Below are positions 22,935-30,101 of a DNA stretch of 64,000 nucleotides, in pieces. The position numbers and the translations under genes were made by a program. This DNA is from an uncultured Eubacteriales bacterium (GTDB lineage Bacteria; Bacillota; Clostridia; Christensenellales; UBA1242), in NCBI GenBank assembly GCA_948607205.1, contig CAPERS010000001.1, positions 2,522-66,521 of the forward strand. The letters are read 5' to 3'. A model generated the notes under the pieces. The model was not told the DNA's origin and did no database searches. It saw only the letters and a list, made by a program, of their open reading frames with translations. Each line of letters opens with the position of its first letter. Positions within the stretch are counted from its first letter, which is position 1.

Positions 22935-23107
22935 AATTTTCTCCTATTTTGTGCTTTAAGCACCTTTATTTTTGTTTAATTTTTTCTTTAGAAATGCAAC
23001 TATTGCACCTAAAGTCTTTTATTTTTTAATTATTTTTTTTCTTTTTTTTGGTGCTTTAAGCACCTTTATTTTTTAATTTGTTTTTTTCGATAGGCAATAA
23101 TTGCCCA
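22935..23107. repeat. 173-nt A/T-rich intergenic spacer with four short hairpins, including an exact 23-nt direct repeat 100 bp apart
   Basis: GTGCTTTAAGCACCTTTATTTTT at 22951-22973 and 23051-23073. Also TGCAA-CTA-TTGCA (about 23005-23017) and GGCAA-TAA-TTGCC (23093-23105). Confidence 0.85.
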
Positions 23108-23731
23108 CTAACTGAACATTTTGTTCACCAAAACCTTTGCTTCTTGCAGGGTTTTCGGAGCGTCAGGCATAACGCCCGACACTCTTTCCCCTCTTTGAGA
23201 AGAAATAACAATTGGTGGTTTTTGTTCTTTTAAAGTTTGCAAATAGTTCTCGATGATGACTTTTTTGATTTCGTCATCAGAAAGGACATATTTGTTTAAG
23301 ATTGGGTCGTTTGGCTTGATGTCAGACAAGTGATTTGTCACAACACTATTCCAAGCAACTTCGATTGGGTTTGGCAAAGTTTTTAAAGACTGGTCAGAAT
23401 TGACCTTTTCTTTGATTTCGTCAACAGCCCAAGACGCATCGGAATGCTCTGAAAGGAACTTATTTATTTCCACATCCAAATCAAGTTCAGTTTTTATTTC
23501 AGATGTGGAATTTTCAGTTTTATCTTTTTCAAGTTCGCTTATGCGTTGACATTTGCGAGTGAACTCTTTTTCAAGCGTGTTATATGCATCTAACAACGCT
23601 TTGGCAGATTTAAATTTGCCAAGTTCACTCATGTCTTTTTGAGAGCCGACCTCGCCACCGGCTCTTTCTTCAATCTCCGTGCCCACGGAATCTGCCTGCA
23701 TTATGGTCGGTTGTTCTCTGTTTTCTTCCAT
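23108..23731 (-). CDS. putative capsid scaffolding protein
   Basis: 207 aa, acidic and helical (ELEKDKTENSTSEIKTELDLDVEINKF), located between portal and capsid. AAGGAGG RBS. Confidence 0.6.
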   Translation of the reverse strand: MEENREQPTIMQADSVGTEIEERAGGEVGSQKDMSELGKFKSAKALLDAYNTLEKEFTRKCQRISELEKDKTENSTSEIKTELDLDVEINKFLSEHSDASWAVDEIKEKVNSDQSLKTLPNPIEVAWNSVVTNHLSDIKPNDPILNKYVLSDDEIKKVIIENYLQTLKEQKPPIVISSQRGERVSGVMPDAPKTLQEAKVLVNKMFS

Positions 23732-23733
23732 TA

Positions 23734-25614
23734 CTATACCTCCTTAGCCTTTTTATGCTCTCGCACATGGCTTAAAAATTTTTCTTCCAAGTTTTTATCT
23801 TTTGAAACTGCTTTTTCATAGTCATTTCCAAGCATAAATGCAATATGCTCATTGATATGAAGTTCGTGGTCATCAATCTCACTGATGGCAACGCTTTCGC
23901 CACCAAGAAGTCTGATGTTTTCATTGTCAGCCTTTTTGATGTGAAGTTCGTTGAGGTCTTGCGCATTTTCCCAGACGCCCAGTCCAAGACTTTCGAGAAC
24001 TTTATATTTCATTCGCTTTGACAATTTGCCATTTTCATCGCTAAGCACACCAGAGTTTAACAATGCAAACACCATTTCTCTTTTTTGAGTGAGGGTTTGA
24101 GTTGAATCATTCATTGTTTCAATTTCAACATCGTCACTTGAAATGTCATTTGAATTGAAATAGAAAAGTTCAATCTGACCATTATCGCCAGCAATACGTG
24201 CAATTCTTGGGAAAAGTGCATATTGTTTATATAACCTCAAAATTCTTTTTGAAATTTCTTTATAGCATGACTTAATGCTTTCAATGGTTGAATTAAGCCT
24301 TATTTCATCTTGACCAATCAAAAGTTCAAGCGTGACACCTGAAAGGTTTGATGAAACATATTCTGAGCCCAAAGTTTCGCTTATGCCACCAATTTTATAA
24401 AACTCTTCATTCAGTCTTTTCTCTTCTTCATTGAAATCTGCCGGAAGTGTTTGAGTTTGAAGATACTTTGGTTCGCTTGAACCCTGTCTATAAACCAAAA
24501 CCTTGCCTGGACACAAACCTTCATCTTCAAGATTATCAAGGTCAACTGAACCATCTTCAACTGAAAGCACTCCCAGTGAAAGCCTGTTGATGAACTCATG
24601 CTTGCGATTTTTTACCGCGTTATATGCACGCTGAACAGGAATGATTCTTTCAATCACGCTTGCTCCCCAGAAACATGCAGGCTGTTCAATGCTGATTTGC
24701 TTGACAAAAGGCAGGTCGCGCTTGCCATCTTCACCACAGAAATATGGGAGCGAGCCATCATAGACAACTCTTTTTCCGGCAATAATTATCAATCTGCCTT
24801 CTGGAAAATCTTTGTTTGGTCTTATGTATTTCTCAATCACGAGCGCACTGTCTTCTCTCACACTTTCAATAACCTTAGTTGCCATGCCATTGAATCCAAG
24901 ACCTGCCATGCCTGCTGTCACACTGTCAAGTGCGAATGTGTTCAAACGTTCACTTTCAACTTCGATGCCATACATATCTTTTATTTCAGCAAGAGTGTAT
25001 GCTCTGGCATGGATTATGCTTTGGCAATCATCAATTGTTTCGCACGTGTTTGAATCGGGATAAATTTCAAAAGGACTGCAAACTGAAATGTCAATTTCGC
25101 CACCACGAATTTCAAGTCCGTCTTCATCCAAACCAACAAGTTGTCCGGCATTTGGATTCCAGTTGACTTTATAGAAACTTGTTCCACAGACTTCACTCCA
25201 CTTTATTGCTTGGTTTATCTTTGCAGGAAGGCCAAGTTTGTTTCCAACTGAATTTAAAATCTTGTTTGAAATCTTTGCTGTTTGCTTGTCGCGCTCATCA
25301 TTCGTTGCTGGCAAAACATGAACCTGTTGTTTTATTTTTGATAACTTTGCAAAACGAATATCAAATATCGGTGCAATATGGTTAAAAACTTCTCTCTCCT
25401 GCCAAAAAAACTGTTTGTCTGTTTCTTCAACCAGTCCGCCATATCCAACATCGCAATATTGATTTCCCATAAGATAGTTCATATTTAATTGCCAAATTGT
25501 GTCAAAACTGCGTCTTGCATCGGCACGAGCATGAAAATCTCTCATAACCTCTTCAACGATTTTTCTGTTTTCTTTGCTGTCTTCTCTTTTTGCTTTAATG
25601 TTTTCTCTTATCAT
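23734..25614 (-). CDS. phage portal protein
   Basis: 626 aa. N-terminal RRSFDTIWQLNMNYLMGNQY resembles the W..n..fy.G.Q motif of portal proteins. Size and position upstream of scaffold and capsid fit. Confidence 0.75.
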   Translation of the reverse strand: MIRENIKAKREDSKENRKIVEEVMRDFHARADARRSFDTIWQLNMNYLMGNQYCDVGYGGLVEETDKQFFWQEREVFNHIAPIFDIRFAKLSKIKQQVHVLPATNDERDKQTAKISNKILNSVGNKLGLPAKINQAIKWSEVCGTSFYKVNWNPNAGQLVGLDEDGLEIRGGEIDISVCSPFEIYPDSNTCETIDDCQSIIHARAYTLAEIKDMYGIEVESERLNTFALDSVTAGMAGLGFNGMATKVIESVREDSALVIEKYIRPNKDFPEGRLIIIAGKRVVYDGSLPYFCGEDGKRDLPFVKQISIEQPACFWGASVIERIIPVQRAYNAVKNRKHEFINRLSLGVLSVEDGSVDLDNLEDEGLCPGKVLVYRQGSSEPKYLQTQTLPADFNEEEKRLNEEFYKIGGISETLGSEYVSSNLSGVTLELLIGQDEIRLNSTIESIKSCYKEISKRILRLYKQYALFPRIARIAGDNGQIELFYFNSNDISSDDVEIETMNDSTQTLTQKREMVFALLNSGVLSDENGKLSKRMKYKVLESLGLGVWENAQDLNELHIKKADNENIRLLGGESVAISEIDDHELHINEHIAFMLGNDYEKAVSKDKNLEEKFLSHVREHKKAKEV

Positions 25615-25829
25615 TTTTCTCTCCTCAACTTTTGTTTGGTTTTAAATGGGCTTTCAATACCCTTTGGTGTTTGCAATTTTGCAATTGACTCATACATTCC
25701 TTTCATGCAACTATCACAAAAAGACAGGTCACGCCTTATAATTCCCTTTGTTGAAAAGGAATACTTTGCCAAATTGTTGCAACCATAAAAGTCACACTTG
25801 GTCAAATATTTGCATTCTCTAATTTCCAC
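25611..25829 (-). CDS. small Cys-rich (zinc-ribbon-like) phage protein, 72 aa
   Basis: GTG at 25829 behind AAGGAGGAAGAAG. CKYLTKCDFYGC...FCDSC. ATGA overlap with the portal start. Occupies the slot where a large terminase is expected. Confidence 0.45.
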   Translation of the reverse strand: MEIRECKYLTKCDFYGCNNLAKYSFSTKGIIRRDLSFCDSCMKGMYESIAKLQTPKGIESPFKTKQKLRREK

Positions 25830-26106
25830 CTTCTTCCTCCTTAATAGTTTGTAAAAGTCGCTCTTTTTCCTTTTCAAGTTCTTGGTCAGACATGCCAGCA
25901 AGTTCATCAACGTAGGTTTTATAATACTTTTCAAAAAGGACCTTGATTGCCGAAATGTCAGGGCTGAAATGTTTTTTTGTCACCTTTTTCTTAATAAGTT
26001 TTGTCGACCCATCGTCGTCAGTGGCATATTCTTCAACAACTTCGTCAGCCGAATAACCCAACGCTTTTTTAAGAAGCGCTTTTCGAATTCTTTCTTCCTC
26101 CTCCAT
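25819..26106 (-). CDS. small phage protein, possibly terminase small-subunit-like
   Basis: 95 aa, first gene of the module. ALLKKALGYSADE and KKHFSPDISAIKVLFEKYY loosely resemble small-terminase segments. Weak. Confidence 0.3.
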   Translation of the reverse strand: MEEEERIRKALLKKALGYSADEVVEEYATDDDGSTKLIKKKVTKKHFSPDISAIKVLFEKYYKTYVDELAGMSDQELEKEKERLLQTIKEEEGGN

Positions 26107-26252
26107 AAACTTAAAAACTCCTGCTTTGCAACTTTTGACAATATATTAACCCACAAAAAACGCCAAAACAAGTTTGACTGCCATTTTTTTTGAAAAGTTT
26201 GCACACAAAATGAAAAGCAAACTAAACTGATATTGTAGAGGTCAAAAAAACA

Positions 26253-27008
26253 ATGGATAAATTCTTAGAGTTTAATGATGTAAGTTATTTCTATCAAACA
26301 AAAGAAAGTGAAATTCAGGCACTTAACCGTTTATCATTTGATATCGCAAGTTGTGAATTCGCATCTTTGGTTGGCCCTAGCGGTTGCGGAAAAACCACCA
26401 TCTTGTCACTTATAGCCGGACTTCTGTCTGCTTCAGAAGGCGAAATCCTTTTGGACGGAAAAAAGATTGAAAAAAATGATTCTCGAATTGGATATATGTT
26501 CCAACGCGACCATCTTTTCGAATGGCGAACAATTTGGCAAAATATAACTTTGGGACTTGAAATACAAAAGAAAAAGAAAGATGAAAAAATGCTCGCGCTT
26601 TGCGAAGAACTTTTAAAGAAATATGACCTTTACAACTTCAAAAACAAAAAACCTCGTCAACTTAGTGGCGGGATGCGTCAGCGCGTTGCTCTTATAAGAA
26701 CACTTGCTCTTCAGCCAAAACTTCTGTTGCTTGACGAACCCTTCTCTGCGCTTGACTTCCAAACAAGGCTTAAAGTCTGTGACGATGTTTTTGAGATAAT
26801 CAAAAATGAAAAAAAGACAGCACTTCTTGTCACACATGACATTTCAGAAGCACTGTCAATGTCAGATAAAGTGATAATTCTCACTTCCAGACCAGCATCT
26901 GTCAAAGAGGTTATGAAACTAAATTTCGCAGAGCCGACACCACTAAAAAGACGAGAAGATAAAGATTTTGGCAAAAATTTTGATAAGATTTGGAGAAATC
27001 TGACCTAA
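26253..27008 (+). CDS. ABC transporter ATP-binding protein (NitT/TauT nitrate/sulfonate/taurine-type importer family)
   Basis: GPSGCGKTT Walker A, LSGGMRQRV signature, LLLDEPFSALD Walker B, 251 aa. Confidence 0.9.
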   Translation: MDKFLEFNDVSYFYQTKESEIQALNRLSFDIASCEFASLVGPSGCGKTTILSLIAGLLSASEGEILLDGKKIEKNDSRIGYMFQRDHLFEWRTIWQNITLGLEIQKKKKDEKMLALCEELLKKYDLYNFKNKKPRQLSGGMRQRVALIRTLALQPKLLLLDEPFSALDFQTRLKVCDDVFEIIKNEKKTALLVTHDISEALSMSDKVIILTSRPASVKEVMKLNFAEPTPLKRREDKDFGKNFDKIWRNLT

Positions 27009-27805
27009 TGAAAAAAACAAACTACTCAAAAGCACATGCAAGATATATTAAAAAACTTAAAAAAGAAAAGGCTCTTGTTGCCTTTTGGCAAGTTTTCGTT
27101 TTTATTGCTTTTCTCGGAACATGGGAATTGTTCTCATCCGTCGGCGTCCTAGACCCCTTCTTCTTTTCCAGTCCTTCAAGGATAGCCACCACACTTGCAA
27201 GCCTTGCAACATCTGGCAATCTTTGGATTCATATTTGGACATCACTTTATGAAACCGTTCTCGGATTTATCATTGCCATAGTCCTTGGAACAATCATTGC
27301 AATCTTGCTTTGGTGGAGCGAGAGGTTAAGAAAGATTTTTGAACCTTATCTTATCATCCTCAACTCTCTGCCAAAAATCGCACTCGGCCCACTTATCGTT
27401 TTATGGGTAGGCTCGGGCACAGGTGCAACAATTGTTATGTGTGTGCTGATTTGCATAATTATCACCACAATGTCAATGCTTGGTGCATTCATCTCATGTG
27501 AGCAAGATAAAATAATGCTTATGAAATCAATGCACGCAAACAAATTTCAAATTCTTTTCAAACTTATTCTTCCTCACTCACTGCCCGAGTTCATTTCAGT
27601 TCTCAAAATAAATGTGGGACTGAGTTGGGTGGGCACAATCATGGGTGAATACCTTTCAAGCAAGGCAGGACTTGGCTATCTGATAAACTACGGAAGCCAA
27701 ATGCTTCAACTCGACATCGTCATGACCAGCATTGTCTTACTTTGTGTCCTTGCGGGCGGAATGTATCTTTGTGTAAGCCCTCTTGAAAAACGGTATAAAA
27801 AATAA
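27008..27805 (+). CDS. ABC transporter permease (NitT/TauT family)
   Basis: ATG at 27008 overlaps the ATPase stop (TAATG). Six hydrophobic segments. No adjacent substrate-binding protein gene. Confidence 0.85.
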   Translation: MKKTNYSKAHARYIKKLKKEKALVAFWQVFVFIAFLGTWELFSSVGVLDPFFFSSPSRIATTLASLATSGNLWIHIWTSLYETVLGFIIAIVLGTIIAILLWWSERLRKIFEPYLIILNSLPKIALGPLIVLWVGSGTGATIVMCVLICIIITTMSMLGAFISCEQDKIMLMKSMHANKFQILFKLILPHSLPEFISVLKINVGLSWVGTIMGEYLSSKAGLGYLINYGSQMLQLDIVMTSIVLLCVLAGGMYLCVSPLEKRYKK

Positions 27806-28738
27806 ATCACACAGAAGAAAAACCGCCAAAACACTGGTCAGTGGATAAAGAAGGGAAACAATGTTTCCAAATCCACCAGCGCTTATTACAAGCGGAAGAA
27901 TAACACTTGTGACGCCCACAAAATTATTTCTGCACAGCCCTCTCACAGAACCAGATGAGGCGAACACAAGTGAGAAAAGCGTTGTTACACAGCCAAGCAA
28001 AATCATTGCTTGCATCACGATAGACCAAGGTCTATCAAACAGCGACAAAAGTGGCATATCTTGTGAAAAAACATCTTTGTTTTGAAGTAACACCAGATTT
28101 GCAAAAAGCAAAATCACAAAAAGCGCGAGAGCTGATAAAAAAGATACTCGTGCTTTTTGGCTTTTATTTAATCCTTTCCCAAGTTTTGCAAGCACAATAC
28201 ATGAGTTTGACGTGTTCAAAAGCACATAAAGCAAACAATAAAAAACGCCCCAAGATGAAAAACTTGTCGACATCGAGATTTGCATGTTTGAAAAATTTGT
28301 TGCACATATGAGTCCGATAATAAGCACAATCACCATGACTGGCACAAGCAAAAAATTGGCTTTTTCAAGTCCGCCTAAACCTTTTTTAATGATAAAAAAG
28401 CAGAAGAATAATATAACGCCCAAAACAAAAAATCTGATTAAGGCTGGAAGAGGCGACAACAATTCTGTACAACCTGCAATCATGGCTGACGACAAAATCG
28501 TGCATATGAGAAAATTGATAACATTTGAAAATTTTGAATTTTTCAATTTCTCATCGGCTTTATCCCCGTTTTTTAAGAAAAAATTAAAAAGAAGCCAAAA
28601 CAAAAAAAATGCTATCACGATGCACGGAAAAGAAAACACACCAAAGCGCGAAAAGAAAACAACAATCTCCTTTCCGCTCATAAAGCCTGAGCCAATTACT
28701 GTGCCAATAATCACAAGTATCGCTGAAAAAACTTTCAT
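27737..28738 (-). CDS. YkvI-like polytopic membrane protein (transporter-like)
   Basis: MKVFSAILVIIGTVIGSGFMSGKEIVVFF matches the YkvI N-terminal GxGFxSGxEI pattern. About 10 TM segments. The 3' end overlaps the convergent permease gene by 69 nt. Confidence 0.6.
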   Translation of the reverse strand: MKVFSAILVIIGTVIGSGFMSGKEIVVFFSRFGVFSFPCIVIAFFLFWLLFNFFLKNGDKADEKLKNSKFSNVINFLICTILSSAMIAGCTELLSPLPALIRFFVLGVILFFCFFIIKKGLGGLEKANFLLVPVMVIVLIIGLICATNFSNMQISMSTSFSSWGVFYCLLYVLLNTSNSCIVLAKLGKGLNKSQKARVSFLSALALFVILLFANLVLLQNKDVFSQDMPLLSLFDRPWSIVMQAMILLGCVTTLFSLVFASSGSVRGLCRNNFVGVTSVILPLVISAGGFGNIVSLLYPLTSVLAVFLLCDLFFIPFFKRAYTKIHSARKDTK

Positions 28739-28819
28739 CTGTTTTATTTTATTAACGCGCAAAACAAAAAAGAAATAAAAAAGAAAAAATAAATTCAATT
28801 CAACAAAAAGAGGAAGAAA

Positions 28820-29179
28820 ATGATATATAATTCATCAACCTATCGCGCCGGCAATTATATCGACCTTCATGGCTGTTGCGGATGGTCAAATTGCAACTGT
28901 TCTCACTCACCTTGCTGTTGTCCACCAGAGTTTAATTGCTCTTGCCCAAACTGTCAACAAAATTGTGGTTTCCCGCCTTGCCAATCCCCTTGCTTCTGTC
29001 CGCCACCATATAATCACTGCCAACCAAATTGCAATTGCCCATCTTGCTTACCATGTATGCAGTGCCCACCAATGCATTGCCATTCAAACTATGGCGGATG
29101 TGGATGCGTGAACTTTTCAATTCCCTGCGGAGCAATCTACTTTCTCGCTGGCTATATGCTAAACAGACGATGTGACTAA
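28820..29179 (+). CDS. extremely Cys/Pro-rich small protein (25 Cys in 119 aa) with hydrophobic C-terminal segment
   Basis: AAGAGGAAG RBS, monocistronic, own terminator. CCGWSNCNCSHSPCCCPPEFNCSCPNCQQNC... Confidence 0.7.
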   Translation: MIYNSSTYRAGNYIDLHGCCGWSNCNCSHSPCCCPPEFNCSCPNCQQNCGFPPCQSPCFCPPPYNHCQPNCNCPSCLPCMQCPPMHCHSNYGGCGCVNFSIPCGAIYFLAGYMLNRRCD

Positions 29180-29182
29180 ATA

Positions 29183-29214
29183 AAAAACACCTAAAATTTA
29201 GGTGTTTTTTTTAT
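29183..29214. terminator. bidirectional terminator
   Basis: AAAACACCTAAA / TTTAGGTGTTTT palindrome flanked by A- and T-runs, between convergent genes. Confidence 0.6.
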
Positions 29215-29215
29215 T

Positions 29216-30050
29216 TTACTTTCTCTCATCTTCTTCTTCAAGTTTTGCTAGGTTTTCTGCAATTCGCGCGAGTCTGTTTTTCGCCTCAATGAAAAACTCC
29301 AATGGGGTTATATGTTGATAACTTTCTTTATAAACCGACTCACTTGTTATATCGCCTTGATAGCAAGAATCTTTTAAGTCACAAATCAATTTGCCCCAAT
29401 CAATATTGCCATCATATGGCAACAAGTGTTGGTCAGCAGTTCCGTCATTATCGTGCAAATGCACACATGCAATCTTGTTTTTGAATTTGTCAAAATTAAA
29501 AGAATCTTTAAAATAAACGTGATTATGACCACTATCTAGACAAACTTTCAAATTCGGACTTTTGATATGGTCGCAAATAAACTCAATATACCCTGGCCAA
29601 ACAGTGTTTTCAAGTGCAACCTCAATTCCAAGTTTTTCCGCATGGTCAAGAAGTTTTCTCATTCTCGCGATTGCTATATCTGACATTGGCGATTGACGAT
29701 TGCTTTTGGTGATGTGCATACACACCATCTTTATTCCGTCTGATGCAACAATGTCAAGGTCTTTGATATAGTCATTTATAAGCTCGTCACCTGCTTCGCC
29801 CTCTTCCCAAAGCGTTGCAATGCCTTGATTAACACGATAAACCTAGATGAACAAAAGAAACTTCCAAGTTGTTTTCTCGGATTAGGTTTAGATACTTTCG
29901 ATACCCCACACCACTCAGATGTTCATTTTGAAAAGACATAAAAACTTTTTTAAAACCCGCCTCAGCGATAAGTTTGACACTTTCCTCATTTGAAAAGCCG
30001 TGATTCATTGGTTTTTCTTCGCACCTTACGCCTATTGCTAAATCTCTCAA
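29216..30050 (-). pseudogene. xylose-isomerase-like TIM-barrel (sugar phosphate isomerase/epimerase or AP endonuclease 2 family) gene interrupted by a frameshift
   Basis: The N-terminal fragment (29829..30050) and C-terminal fragment share one family (EVALENTVWPGY, CLDSGHNHV, VHLHDNDG). The C-terminal frame stays open upstream to about 29845. Total span is 835 nt, which is 3n+1. Confidence 0.55.
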
Positions 30051-30101
30051 TTTTCTCCTCCTCGTGACAATAAAATTTAAAATTAAAAAACTATATTTTT
30101 C

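Larger units (their letters stand above)
18664..26106 (-). mobile_element. phage-derived head-morphogenesis island (incomplete prophage, or a domesticated or satellite module)
   Basis: Ten co-directional coupled ORFs: portal, scaffold, HK97-type capsid, connector-position proteins and holin-like genes. No TerL, tail, lysin, integrase or replication genes, and no flanking direct repeats found. Confidence 0.65.

Noticed and set aside
18557-26252. Search for att-like direct repeats flanking the phage island
   Set aside because: Only an 8-nt A-rich match (CACAAAAA) is shared between 18557-18663 and 26107-26252, which is not significant in AT-rich DNA. No integrase or tRNA target is present.
28869-29135. 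Alternative-frame ORFs inside the first Cys-rich gene (28869..29111 +, 28932..29135 -), and similarly 57710..57958 and 57753..57941 inside the second
   Set aside because: These are by-products of the biased TG(C/T)/CC(N)/AA(C/T) codon composition. Only the Cys-rich frames have an RBS and terminator context.
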